Positions 13,630 through 27,684 of a stretch of DNA of 64,000 nucleotides are shown here, one piece after another. Below the pieces are notes generated by a model, which did no database searches, had not been told where the DNA came from, and saw only the letters and a program-made list of their open reading frames with translations. Source of the DNA: the human T2T-CHM13v2.0 reference genome, Homo sapiens; assembly GCF_009914755.1 (NCBI RefSeq), contig NC_060928.1; one strand, 5' to 3'. Every line of letters starts with the position of its first letter. Within the stretch, counting starts at the first letter, position 1. The position numbers and the translations under genes were made by a program.

Positions 13630-14330
13630 TCATTTTTTGTTTGTTTGTTCTGGCAGCCCATTTCTATATAGATGTATCCCAAGCACAGATTTATTTATAA
13701 TAGTAGTGAGTAAGTGGTGTGTGTGTGTGTGTGTTTCAATTTGTTGAATTTTTTCTTTTTTTCCCCAAAACTCTCTTTTCCATAATTTTCTACATATCCA
13801 GGAAAGAATAAATTCCATATAGTCTAATAATGTTTTATATTAATTATCTATTTATAAGTTGTACAATAGAAGGTGTTATGCCCATACATGAATAAATTTA
13901 TTTAGGTTAAAATGTTTCATTTTTCAAAAACACTTTTTAGTCATTTTCTTTGTGCCTCAATAGAGTACAAAATTTACATGGACTTCCTTATCATATTTAA
14001 ATAGAGATATGTGATGTTTATATTGTTTTTTTTGTTCACTCTGGCAGCCTAATTCTATGTAGATGCACCCTAAGCATGGAAGGTTTGTTTAAAATAGCAG
14101 TAAGTATGGGTTGTGTGTGTGTGTGTGTGTGTGTGCATGTTTAAATTTGTTAGGCCTTTTTCCTTCTTTTCCCTAAAACTCTCTTTTCTGTAATTGTCTA
14201 CATAGCCAGGAAAGAGTAAATCCATATAGTCTAATAATGTTTACTATCAATTATAAATAAGTTGCACAATAGAAGGTATTGTGCCCATAAATGAATAGAT
14301 TTCTTTGGGTTGAAATGTTTCATTTTTTAC
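13630..14330 (+). repeat. Old local direct duplication (~300-bp unit, ~390-bp period)
   Basis: 13630-13925 and 14020-14330 align throughout (TCTGGCAGCC..., (TG)n, AAAACTCTCTTTTC, CCAGGAAAGA, ATATAGTCTAATAATGTTT, AAATGTTTCATTTTT), about 80% identical by eye. Confidence 0.9.
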
Positions 14331-15105
14331 CGTGTTTGTGTTTACACTTCAGTTATCAAGGAGAAATATTTATTTTCCTGTATTATATTTGCAATAAAGT
14401 ATACTTGTGGAAGTAGTACATTAATTTTTTTCTATCTGAAAATTTTGATTTGTGTCAGAAATATCAAATTTTAATGTGCAAAATAAATGTTGTCTCAGAG
14501 ACACAAAGTTTGTTAAACATTGCCCAACAATGTCTGAATTGCATTCCATTCTACATTTATTAACATAAGAATGATCAGTATCCAAATCACTGAATGTTCC
14601 TGACAAGCAAGGGATGCTGATTTACCACTATTGAATCTAGGAATTAAAATATAGCAAGCTTGCCAGATGTAAAGTTCTAGGTTTGGTGAAGAGTTAAAAG
14701 CCCTCTTACTGATGTGCTATAAGATTTTACAATAGAGCATTAAGCAGCAACTTGAAAATGTGGCCAGATGTTGATATGTAAAATTTTCACATATTTTTGG
14801 AGTAACTTTGAAAGCCTCAGAGTAGTTAATATATACTCATAGACTGCATATCATTTGCTTCATAGATGGTCTGATAATGTTCACAATTAAAATGTTTGGG
14901 AACGCCATAAAATTTTTTTCACAAATCTCTTTGGTCAATACAAACTACCTTATGTGTAACTATCAACAATGAAACTGTTTCAATCCAAAGAGAAGGCAAT
15001 TGTAAAAGTCTGGGATACTGCAGAAAACATAAGCCAAGGTGACTTTCAATCTTTAGTCCCTACTAATGGGTTTATGTAACACAGACCTTTTTTGTTCTTT
15101 CTTCA

Positions 15106-15435
<330 letters not shown>

Positions 15436-16435
15436 TCACATCATATTATTTAATTTGGCAGTACATCTTTTATTTGCCATGTTATGTCATTGCAATTTTG
15501 ATGCAAGATTTTCTTTTATATATGTTCTATTCTTTAAGTTCAGCAATTGACGTTCATGTTATTGAAGATATCCATTTATAATAAATCTAAATTATAAATC
15601 TGAAAATGTTTAATTTTTAGACTTTAGTCTCTAAACTAGACAAATTCACAATTTTACAATTTATAGCTAAAAAATCTTACACTACTCAACAAAAAGTATA
15701 ATTTTCCAAGAGGACCAAGCCATTGTTTCTTTTTATTGTTGAAATGTACATTTTGATTTGTAGATTAATGTACTGTAAACTGCAAATTACTATATCTGGT
15801 TGCAAATCAGGTGTAATGTTAGGCACTTTCTTTTGCATCAAGAAAAATATACTCTCACTAGTTATGTTCAATATGATTTTGTCACCTGTATCCCCAATTT
15901 TCTGCAAATGGTAGATTTAAGACCATATATGAGTAAAACTTTACCTAAGTTAATCACATTGTAATATTTTAATATTAAGCTTGTAATGTTTGAAATTCTA
16001 GACCAATATTTGGTAACAAGAATATACAAGAGCAAGAATCTAAATTTCACACTATGAGAGAATATTCAGCCATCACTCTCAACAGTGGTTTTTTCTAATG
16101 ACTTAAAAGTATGTCATTGGCTTTGAAACCTAGAGAATATGGACTATATTGTGAAGTAAAGGAACCCAATTCATTTGTTAATGAATGAATGCACGCAGAA
16201 TAAATTTATTTTAAAAATCAAGGAAGAAGGAAAAAGACTAAGCAGAGAAAGAAGGGGAGGAAGGGAGGGAGAGACAAAATGAGGGAAGAGAAGAGAAAAA
16301 GAGTAAAAAGGAGATTGAGAAATGGGGAAGACAGGGAGAAGAGGACAATAAAGAGACAGCTTTTCCTGAGGAAGAAGGAATTTTCCTCAAGATGACAACA
16401 TTGCCTGCATTTCCAGCCTGCCATACAGATTTTAG

Positions 16436-16810
<375 letters not shown>

Positions 16811-16902
16811 TCTAGAGCTAATTTCTTAAAATCTCTCTCTCTCATATATATGAAGAAACATTTTTGAGTAAGAATTCTCAACAGGGATAGCACCATTTGT
16901 AA

Positions 16903-17028
16903 CCCATTTATGTCTGAGGTTGCAATTTTTTAAATGTTTGCAATCAGACCTTGGCAATGACCTTAAGCAGTAGGTTATAAATAACTCCTGTATGCTTAGC
17001 GTTCCAATAATGGAACGCTAGGCATAAG
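16903..17028 (+). mobile_element. MER85 (piggyBac/PGBD3-derived MITE)
   Basis: CCCATTTATGTCTGAGGTTGCAATTTTTT...GCGTTCCAATAATGGAACGCTAGGCATAAG flanked by GTAA/TTAA; right TIR lacks 4 bp. Confidence 0.92.
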
Positions 17029-17228
17029 TTAAGTGGTCTTTTTAAAGAAATAAATCTCTTTTATTACCCTACATATGTATATATATTATATACATACACA
17101 CACATATATACACACACATAAAGAGAAACATATAATGTTTCTATAATATAAAGTCTCTATAGTCTTTATATGTACATATAAAATATAAAATATATAACTA
17201 TATAGACTTTATTTTATTTATCTAGATA

Positions 17229-17233
<5 letters not shown>

Positions 17234-17290
<57 letters not shown>

Positions 17291-17307
17291 AGAGAGAGAG
17301 AGAGAGA
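17234..17307. repeat. (TA)n followed by (GA)n microsatellite
   Basis: About 27 TA units then about 9 GA units. Confidence 0.95.
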
Positions 17308-18399
17308 AAATAGGTTCTATTTCTGTGGATATCCCAGATTAATACAGATTTTCAGATGAGATGAGCTGTGTTCAGGGTGGTATACCTGTAGACATAACGC
17401 AGATTTTCAAATTTAATTTAACAATTTACTAATTACCCATGGAGCCACATATGTTCAATTCACAACACACTGCAAGGCAGCCCTTATAGGGACTTAAACC
17501 ACTTATGTTTGTTCCTATTGAATTTAACATTGACTTCCTAATTCTTAATTTTAGTGGACCTATAGAACCCTCATCACCAAGACAGTTTGTTTCTGGAGAT
17601 CCACAGGTATCATTAAACTGCAAGATAGTATAGGCAAAAAAAAAATGTGATCAAATCATGTAGGTATGAGTAGGAAAACATTAGAGAAAGGTAACAGAAC
17701 AAAGAAGAATATCCTGTTAATAACACTAATCAGATAAATTCTCTTATTTATAATCAATATACAGGCCTTGAAGACGTTTGTGAAGAAGAAACAGTTTTAA
17801 GTAGGAATTTTCAACAAAGATAGCACCATTTAAAAAAAAAGTGGTCTTTTTAAAGAAATAAATCTCTTTTATTAGCTTAAGTATGCCTACTAGAAAAAGT
17901 CTTAGCTCCAGAATAGTCTCATATCATAGTTCTAACAGAGCACTATAAATCTTGAAATCTTTCATGAATTTTTTACACCAATAATCACTTTCTTTCAATA
18001 TTGACTGTGGCATAATTCTCATCATAAATTGCCATGGATTAGCTAAAATATTAGAAAATTATTCTTGTCATAATCTTAAGATTTATGTATCAGAAAAAAC
18101 ATATTACAATAAGTCATCCAAAAAGGAAGAAAACTGCATATAGATAGTTAGCATTCCTGGAAATCTCAGCCCACAAATCATTTAACTTTTGGAGAACCCC
18201 AAAGGAAGCAATTTTTAAAAACATACAGCTATAATTCTAATTTCAGTACCCCAAAGAATTAAAAAACAACTGACCTAAATTAACAGGACTGGTATGGCCT
18301 AGATGGAAAAGGTTTGAATTAAGGGAATGAACATCTCCCTAGGTAATTCTTGTGCCCAACAAAGTTTGTGAACCACTGGAATAGAAGTAGAAAGAAAAG

Positions 18400-18780
18400 A
18401 GCAAAGCTATTACAATAGTCCAAATGAAAAGTTCAAGAAACTAAAATAAGACAAGTGGCAATAGAAATATACAGAAAAAAGTAGATTTGATAGGCATTAA
18501 GGCTAAGTGATTTAGGGATCCAAGACAGTAAGAGATTTGAGGAATAGGAAGCTGAAAAACTTAGATTATGTAAATTATAGCATATTAACCAAAAGAGGGA
18601 AAGGAGAAGGAGGAGAAAGTAAATGTGGAAAGATAAAAATACGGCTTTTATATTTTACTTAAGATGTCTGTGGAGCAGTAGATTAAGATATCTATTAGTT
18701 AGAAATGTGGGTCAGGAATGCAGAAGAAAGATGTGAACCTAAAATATAGATAAGAGCTATCACCATAAAGGTAGTTAGAA
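18400..18780 (-). mobile_element. L2 fragment
   Basis: GCTATTACAATAGTCCAAATGA...AGATGTCTGTGGAGC...AAATGTGGGTCAGGAATGCAGAAGAAAGA pattern. Confidence 0.55.
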
Positions 18781-20393
18781 GAAAAAGAAGAGGAGCTGGA
18801 AGAGGAGAAGGAAAGAGAAAGAGGAAGAGGAGGAGGTAGAAATGGGAACTTGTAGAACATATGTAGTATTGTTCTGTCTATGTATGCTTATTTTATATTT
18901 ATAATATCATAATAGACGTACCAGAGTATAATTCGTTTCTTCATTCCATAATGGGTTTTGGATATTTTTCCATTTTAGAACATATAGATTTATCTCAATA
19001 TAAATAAATATGTACATGATATAGTTCCAGAAGGATATACAGCAAACTAATAGCAGTGATTACCTCTAGGGAAGTGGGAAATGATCAGGATTAAGGGTGT
19101 GGTCAAAGAGACATTTACATTTACTTGTAAAGTTTTATTTGTTTAATATGCAGAATGAATTAATGTATTGCCTGTAAAATTAAAAATGCATTTTAAGTGA
19201 GGTTAGACTAATTCATCTAGATTTATCATTATCTGGTTTTGTAGTTTAATGGAAAGCTTATGATACCTTGCAAAATTCAATTATATGCCGGACTCTCTTA
19301 GAAACCAGGAAAATGCCATTGTTTTGTCATAAAATTATAATTTAATAAGATGCATTTCTACTGAATTAGTATTGCAATTACTAGTGCATATGTGTAAAAA
19401 TAGCAAATAATGCAGCCGCAAAATTTTACATTTATAAACCACCTATCTTTTAGAGTATTGGTATATTCCCATCAGTCACTTTAACAAAACCAGCTTCACA
19501 TTTTAAAATAGCAAATTATTTAATATATGTAAAAGTGCTTCCTCAACATTCACCATGAAACAGTATTTGTGAATACTGTCAACAAAATAAAAAAAAAGTC
19601 AACTTATGATACATTTTCCTTCTTTTTTAAGAAAATTGACTGATTTATTCTCAGGCTGTTGTTTTTGTTTTTGTTTTTTTCAGTAATATGTAGCCAGCCA
19701 CCCGCTCAACATCTAGTATGAGAATTTCCAAGGTTCAATCTGAGGCCTTCTCTTCTTTCTCTATAGAACTTTCACAGAGAATTGACTCATTCCCATTACA
19801 TTATTTTTTATCCATTACTTGAATGCCAGTCAGGTGTGCTATATCAAGCCCAAACCTCTTTCCTAAGTTTAGCTGTCTTCTCTCTCCACGCTTGACACAC
19901 TGTGACCTCAATAAGCAGACCCCAAACAAATTTCATCATCTTTCCTCTCTCCTTCATTTTGCAGGGCATGATCATATCCAAACTGATTTTCTCTCCTGAC
20001 TTCCTTCTTTATGCTAGTCATCCAAGGTCACTCAAGGGGAGAATGTTGGAGCATGAGTTGAAAATCTAAATGTCTACTACTGCTAAGCAGGAAACACCTA
20101 TGTGATTAAGACAAGGAGAAATGATATTGACTGGCAATCCAAGGGCATAACCAACCCATTAAAGGCAGTAGGCTTTCCTCAGCCTAGATCAGCTTATGGT
20201 TCTCATATTGTGCTGCCAGTTGTTATTTTTAAACCTTATATTTAACTGCTGACAAAAAATATATTTTAAATAATATGACAATGAAAAAAAAATCCAGAAG
20301 AGGTATCAGCCTTTACTGTAGAGGATTTGGTTTGACATCTATGGAAACAGTGCCATGCTTTCATTTTAGGTAATTGGGCTATTAAAATCATCA

Positions 20394-20698
<305 letters not shown>

Positions 20699-21028
20699 GT
20701 CTCTCTTGCTTTAGTCCATAAGACAAGTGAAATTTTAAATATTTTAAATATTTCCTGTAAGTTATTGACTCCCTAACGACAAATAATAATTTTATCAATG
20801 ATTTTTAAAATGTTAGTGTGACAGTCATCTGAGAAAACTGCTATTTTCCCACCAAGAAAAGAATTAACTGTAAGTTCAGTAACTAACCTTCGTCATCGTG
20901 TATGTGTTTGTGTGTTGTGTGTGTGTGTATGTTTTTTATATAGTAAACCAGTGCTGTTAACACTTGGAGTCTTGTGAGTAAACTATATACTTTTCTAAAT
21001 GCTTTTGCTTCTGATTTAAACAAAAAAA

Positions 21029-21274
21029 ATTTTTTTTTAATTTTTTATATTTTAAGTTCTGGGATACATGTGCAGAACGTGCAGGTTTGTTACATAGGTA
21101 TACACGTGCCATGGTGGTTTGCTGCACCCATCAACCATCTACATCAGGTAACTCTCCTAATGCTATCCCTCCCCTAGCCCTCCATCCCCTGACAGGCCCT
21201 GGTGTGTGATGTTCCCTTCCCTGAGTCTATGTGTTCTCATTGTTCAACTCCCACTTATGAGTGACAATATGCGG
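21029..21274 (-). mobile_element. L1PA 3' end, severely 5'-truncated
   Basis: TTTTAAGTTCTGGGATACATGTGCAGAACGTGCAGG; TSD TTAAACAAAAA..TTTTTTAA on both sides. Confidence 0.92.
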
Positions 21275-21337
21275 TTAAACAAAAATTTTTAAACCACCAT
21301 TTCTGTATCTAAATTTTCATGATTCTCTCCTAAGTTT

Positions 21338-21662
21338 GTTTCTTTTTTCTTTTTTCTTTTTTCTTTTTTTTTTTTTTTTGACAGAGGCTTGCTCTATTGC
21401 CCAGGCTAGAGTTCAGTGGTGCAGTGATCTCCGTTCACTGAAACCTCCGCCTCCTGGGTTCAAGTGAGTTTCTTGCCTCAGCCTCCTGAGTACCTGGGAT
21501 TACAGGCGCGTGCCGCTAAGCCTGGCTAATTTCTTGTATTTTTAATAGAGATGGGGTTTCACCATGTTGACCAGGCTGGTCTTGAACTCCTGACCTCAAG
21601 TGATCTGCCTGCCTTGGCCTCCCAAAGTGCTGGGATTACAGGCTGATCCACTGTGCCCAGCC
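21338..21662 (-). mobile_element. AluS
   Basis: Full-length; approximate TSD CCTAAG..TGTTTCTT. Confidence 0.95.
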
Positions 21663-21884
21663 CTAAGGGTGTTTCTTGAACCAACTGATATCTTTAGTTC
21701 CTCCAGCTATTATTACACCTCAGGCTTCGAGCACACCCTGCATGCTAAAATCCATAATCATCTTTATTTCCCTATTAAATTCTCACATAGTTCCCTTTAA
21801 GTTTTGTTGTGAGAGCATCTGAAATCCTCTTTAATATTTTTTCAGTATTCAATATATATTATTAACTACAGTTGTCTTGTTGTA

Positions 21885-22110
21885 GAGACCCATAGAAGAG
21901 AAGTCCCTATGGAAATGAAAGCAGATATTGGAGTTATTTAACCAAAGCCAAGGAGTGTCTGGAGCCATCAGACAAAAGAGGCAAGGAAAGATTCTGCTTT
22001 AGAGCCTTTGGAGGGGGCATAGCAGACACCTTAATTTAAGATTTCTGGCATCCCTGGGTGTGAGAACATGTTTCTCTAGTTTTAAGCCACAAGCGTGCAC
22101 TGATATCTTA
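21885..22110 (+). mobile_element. MLT1C-like LTR fragment, preceded by an old L1 3' fragment at ~21800-21885
   Basis: GCCAAGGAGTGTCTGGAGCCATCAGA..AGAGGCAAGGAAAGATTCT..TTTAAGCCAC. Confidence 0.7.
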
Positions 22111-23284
22111 CAGAAAAAAAAGTGTATGTTAATTTCTTACAGAAGACCTAGAAAACTCATATTCCCCCTTGCCAAAAAGCACCATCACACCTCTGCTTTT
22201 CTAAAAGACCAAGCTCCTCAAAAGTTTTCTGCAGCCACTGTCCCAGCTCCTCATATCCCTTTTTTTTTTTCTCATCTCATTACAACTGGGGTCTAGTTCT
22301 TAGCACTTAAAGTTTCTTTGTTAAGATTTCCCACTAATTCCATCTTGCCAACCCCAATGGTCCCAGTTTGTGACCACCTGTCTCAGCATCTCAACAGCGT
22401 TCAATACAGCTGACACCTTGAGATCCTGTGATTACACAGGCTTGGGTTTCCTTCACCTCCCTGGTGCTCCATCTGACTCTCCTTTACTGGTTTCTCCTCC
22501 TTTAATTGACCTCTATATATCTAGTGTCCTGGATTCAGTCTTAGAACACCTCCTCTTACTTTTTTTACTCTATGGATATTCTAATAATTCCAAAATCATT
22601 GTCTCATTTTGTCTCTAGTATATTCTAACAGTGTGACCTTGAGCAAGTTACGTAACACTCTGCTTGTTTTCTCATCTGTATTATGTGGGTAATTAATCCT
22701 ACCTGCCCCAATGAATGTTTGTGGATAAATAATCCATCTATATAAGGAATCTAGAACACAGTCTGACATGTAGTAAGTGAGCAATAATGTTAGTCAATAC
22801 GATGATAATGATGATGTTGATTATTTTATTTCTATATTTGGATAACGAACAGACATCTCAAACCCAATATGTCCAAAATAATATGCATGATTCCACAAAA
22901 TTGCAATGCCTAATCCTCTTGCTGTGTTATGTATCTTAGTACTTGGTGATAACATCCCCAGAGAATCAGCTCATGACTCTTGTTCTCTCACTTTCCCCAG
23001 CATCCAATCCAATAGCAGCTCTTGGTAACTCATCTCCAAAGATAACATTAATCACTTCATTTTTCTTCACATCAATTGCAACCCTCACTTTCATTTACAT
23101 CACCACTATCCCTGATTGGACCGTGACAGGAGACTTCATTGTTCTCACAATCATCCCTGAACAATCCATTTTTCCATTAGAAGCCAAAACAACCTTTTAA
23201 GCTTCAATAAGAACACGCCACTCCATTATTTGAAACTATTCAATCACTTCCAACTAAGAACTGACATTATGTTGTACTACCTTC

Positions 23285-23665
23285 CTATCAGTACATTCAG
23301 ACTGTTGTAACAAAATACCATCAACCAGGTAGCTTATAAACTACAGAAATTTATTTCCCACAGTTCTGGAAGCTGGCAAATCCTAGATCAAGGTGCCTGA
23401 AGATTAGATGTCTAGTGAGGACCTGCTTTCTTGTTCATAAACAGCTGTTTTGTTTTTGTTTTTTACCTGTGTCTTTACACGGCTGGAGAGCCATATTTCT
23501 CTGTGATACCTTTTATAAGGGTACTAACCCCATTTATAAGGGCTCTGCCCTCATAATTTAATCACCTCCAAGGAGCTCACCTGCATATACAATCACATTG
23601 GGTGTAAGAATTTAACTTAGGAATTTGGGGAGGGAGGATGGACACAAATAGCCCATCTATAGTAC
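23285..23665 (-). mobile_element. MLT1A/MLT1A0 LTR
   Basis: TTGTAACAAAATACCATCAACCAGGTAGCTTATAAAC..CACAGTTCTGGAAGCTGG...GGACACAAATA. Confidence 0.85.
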
Positions 23666-23879
23666 TTCCCATTGTACCTAGATTATATCTACACAGATCT
23701 CATCTTATTTGACTCTTCTTCAATTCTCCTCTTTTAGCCAAAGCACAGTTTCTTAAAACCTGGCTGCCACCTCAGTGGCCCTGCACATTCTCTCCTCTCT
23801 GCACAGATAGCTCTGCACCCTAATTTTCATATGAAGGGTCCCTCTCACCACTCAGGCTTCAACTCAACTGTCACCTTCT

Positions 23880-24376
23880 CTTTTGGGGTAGAGTACTATG
23901 GCATGATCATGTCTCACTGCAACCTTGAACTCCTGGGCTCAAGTGATCCTCTTGCTTCAGCCTCCAGAGTAGCTGGGACCACAGGTGCACACCACTATGC
24001 CTGAATAATTTTAAAAATTTTGGTGATATGGGATCGAGACCATCCTGGCTAACATGATGAAACCCCGTCTCTACTAAACAATACAAAAAATTAGTCGGGC
24101 GTGGTGGTGGGTGCCTGTAGTCCCAGCTACTCGGGAGGCTGAGGCAGGAGAATGGTGTGAATCCAGGAGGCGGAGCTTGCAGTGATCCAAGATTGCGCTA
24201 CTGCACTCCAGGCTGGGTGACAGAGCGAGACTCCATCTCAAAAAAAAAAAAAAAAAATTTGGTGATATGGGGTCTCACTATGTTGCCCATGCTGGTCTTG
24301 AATTCATGGGCTCAAGTAATGTTCTGGCTTTGACCTCCCAAAGTGCTGGGATTACAGGTGTGACCCATGGCACCTA
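23880..24376 (-). mobile_element. AluJ, host of a nested AluY
   Basis: Two halves 23880-24031 and 24258-24376; TSD AACTGTCACCTT. Confidence 0.9.
24032..24257 (+). mobile_element. 5'-truncated AluY nested in AluJ
   Basis: Begins GATCGAGACCATCCTGGCTAAC; TSD AAAAATTT(T)GGTGATATGG. Confidence 0.95.
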
Positions 24377-24541
24377 GAAAACTGTCACCTTTTAAACATA
24401 CCTCCATTGGTCTTCTTTTCAACATTGCATTTCTTATTTCCAAGTAACTTTCTATTATTTTACCCTGGCCTGTTTTCTTCACTGCATGCCTTAGTGTCTA
24501 ATATCCTCTTTCTTTATTTCCTTATTTCTTTTGTTTGCATG

Positions 24542-24854
24542 TTTTTTTTTTTTTGTTTTTTTTTTTTTTTTTGAGACAGAGTCTCGCTTTGTCACCCAGG
24601 CTGGAGTGTAGTGGCGCGATCTCGGCTCACTGCAAGCTCCGCCTTCCCAGGTTCACACCATTCTCTTGCCTCAGCCTCCCGAGTAGCTGGGACTACAGGC
24701 GCCCACCACCACGCCCGGCTAATTTTTTGTATTTTTAGTAGAGATGAGGTTTCACTGTGTTAGCCAGGATGGTCTCGATCTCTTGACCTCGTGATCCGCC
24801 CGTCTCGGCCTCCCAAAGTGCTGGGATTACAGGCATGAGCCACCGCGCCCAGCC
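24542..24854 (-). mobile_element. AluY
   Basis: Full-length and CpG-rich; TSD GCATGTTT. Confidence 0.97.
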
Positions 24855-25121
24855 CGCATGTTTGTTTTTTATCGCTTGACTCTACCAGAAAATGTAGCTT
24901 TATGAGGTCAAGAGTCTAATTTTTCTTGTTCAGTTATATCTCTCCAGTGCCAGGAATGAATGAAAGGAAATAAATAGCAAACAAAACAAAATATTAGGGC
25001 TTCATATTACTTTGTTTGTCTTTAAAATATTTTGCGCATTTATGGCTTGTCAATTTGGGAAGTTTCTGCTTCTCATTCATTAGTTCATTCATTCCTTCAG
25101 TGTGTGTTTATTGAATACCTA

Positions 25122-25512
25122 TGATATAGTTTAGATCTTTGTCCCTACCTAAATTTCATATAAAATTTTAATCCCCTATGTTGAAGGTGGGCCCTAGTGG
25201 GAGGTAACTGAATCATGGAAGTGGTTTCTAATGGCTTAGCACCATCCCCCTAGTGCTGTCTTATGAGTAAGTTCTCACGAGATCTGGTTGTTTGAAAGTG
25301 TTTAGCACTTTCCCCTTCGCTCTCTCTCCTGCCAGCAATGTGAAGATGTGCTTGCTTTCCCCTTGCTTCTGCCATGATTGTAAGTTTCCTGAGGCCTCCC
25401 CAGCCATGTCTCCTTTACAGCCTACAGAATTGTGAGTCAATTAAACTTCTTTTCTTCATAAATCACCCAGCCTTATGTAGTTCTTTATAGCAGTGTGAGA
25501 ATGAATTATACA
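25122..25512 (+). mobile_element. MSTA/MSTB solo LTR
   Basis: TGATATAGTTT...TATACA with 5-bp TSD ACCTA (25117, 25513). Confidence 0.9.
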
Positions 25513-25926
25513 ACCTACTTATTTGCCAAACCACTGTTGAGGTCTAAGAGTTCAAAGACAATTAAAACTGTTCCTTCACTCAATGAACTAATAATGTAGA
25601 CCAACCTAAAAATACTAGATGGTCCAATAAAGCTCTGTATAAGTGGTTTCATAACCAATATTTAGATCAGTTATTCAATTAAATAGGTAGAGAAAATATT
25701 TTGTAAGCCACTTAGTAGATACTGTCAGCCTCATAAAACTATGGAGGAAAATCAACAGAAATTAAGGATTTTCAAAAATTTTTCTCAAATGTTTTTGTAA
25801 ACATGCATGCATACACACATGCATGGGAAGATATTTGCTACTCTCCTTAGAGGAATTCCTAGGTGCAATATGTGATTGGTATTATTTTTATATAGTGTTC
25901 AGTAATGTACTTAAAATAAAAAAAAT

Positions 25927-26218
25927 AGACTGAGTGTAGTAGGTATTACCCATAATCTCACCACTTTGGGAGGCCAAGGCAGGAGGATTGCATATGGCCA
26001 AGAGTTCAAGACCAGCCTAAATAACATAGCAAGATCCCATCCCTACCAAAAAAAAAAAAAAACTTTTAAAAATTAGCCAGGTGTGGTGGTGCATCTCTGT
26101 TGTCACAGCTACTCAGGGAGCTGGGGCAGATGGATCACTTGAGCTATAATCTCACCACTGCACTCCAGCCTGGGCAACAGAGCAAGACCCTTCCTCTAAA
26201 AGAAAAAAAAAAGAAAAT
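25927..26218 (+). mobile_element. AluJ
   Basis: Diverged dimer with a right-arm deletion and poly-A. Confidence 0.9.
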
Positions 26219-26529
26219 AATGTACTATTTAATATAGGCAGGAAATTGAATATTCTGGATAGGTAAATATACTTGAGCATTATAATATGTTATGTATTTT
26301 TAGGATTATACAAATAAAAATATTTCAGAAATTGTTTCAACTACCTAAGCTTATTGATGCAGTAAGAAACTACTCAAAGACTAGTTGAAAACTTGTGTCA
26401 AATAGCAACACTAATGAGAAAAGAAATTTTCCACATAAATTAATTTTCTTAATAATTAAAACTTATAGTGTTATGTGTTCCAAATGCTTTTTAAAAGTTT
26501 TTATTTTATTAAGTGGACTCATGTTGTAC

Positions 26530-26740
26530 TGAAAATAGCATGAGTTTTGGCAAAAGATATATGGCACTTGTGATCCCAGTTTAGAAATTTACTAGCTATG
26601 TAACCTTAAGCAGGTCACTTAAATATTTTGATATTTAATTTCATTATCCTTTAAAACAGCAATAACTATGTTATTAGGTTATTGTAGGAATTTAGAAAAA
26701 TATCTTTAAACACTTAGCATATCAAGCATATACTCAATAT
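26530..26740 (+). mobile_element. MIR
   Basis: TTTACTAGCTATGTAACCTTAAGCAGGTCACTTAA core. Confidence 0.65.
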
Positions 26741-26856
26741 TGCTTTTCATGAAAATATTTCTAAATTATTAGTATGGATTTACTTTCTCTTTAAGCTACT
26801 GAGTGTAATAACCTTATAATATCTATATCACAAGGTAGAATTAGCTGATAAATATA

Positions 26857-27158
<302 letters not shown>

Positions 27159-27177
27159 TGTTTATATCTATATCCAA

Positions 27178-27224
<47 letters not shown>
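27178..27224. repeat. (TATC)n STR
   Basis: About 11 perfect units. Confidence 0.95.
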
Positions 27225-27684
27225 AGCATGAGGTTGAATCACCACTCTGCCATTAATTGACCACGTTACATTGGCCCAGTCATTTCTCCCCTCTAACACA
27301 TAATTTCTCTTTCTGTAAATTGTGAAGATTGGGATAGATCTTTCATAAGATTTCTTCAAGATCTAATAGGCCAATATTGCAAGAAGCTAATGATGATTTT
27401 GTGATGCGATATTGTGTTGTTCTAAGGGGCTCTTATGAATTGAATTGTGCCCCCAAAAGATACGTTAAAGTCCTAACCCCCAGTACCTGTCAATGTGACC
27501 TTCTTTAAAAGTAAGTCATATGCAGATTTTATCAAGTTAAGAAAAAGTGTCTTTGTAATCCAATACGACTGGCGTCATTGGAAGAAGAGGGAAACACCTA
27601 GTAAGGACAAAGATATTCAGGGAGAAAATCAAGGATGACGGAGGAAGAGATTGGAGTAATGCTGCTACAAGGTGCAGAAGCCTG

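Larger units (their letters stand above)
22250..24965 (+). mobile_element. Long L2 remnant hosting MIR (~22620-22800), MLT1A and Alus
   Basis: L2 motifs CATCTCAAACCCAATATGTCCAAA and terminal GAATGAATGAA at 24955. Confidence 0.6.
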
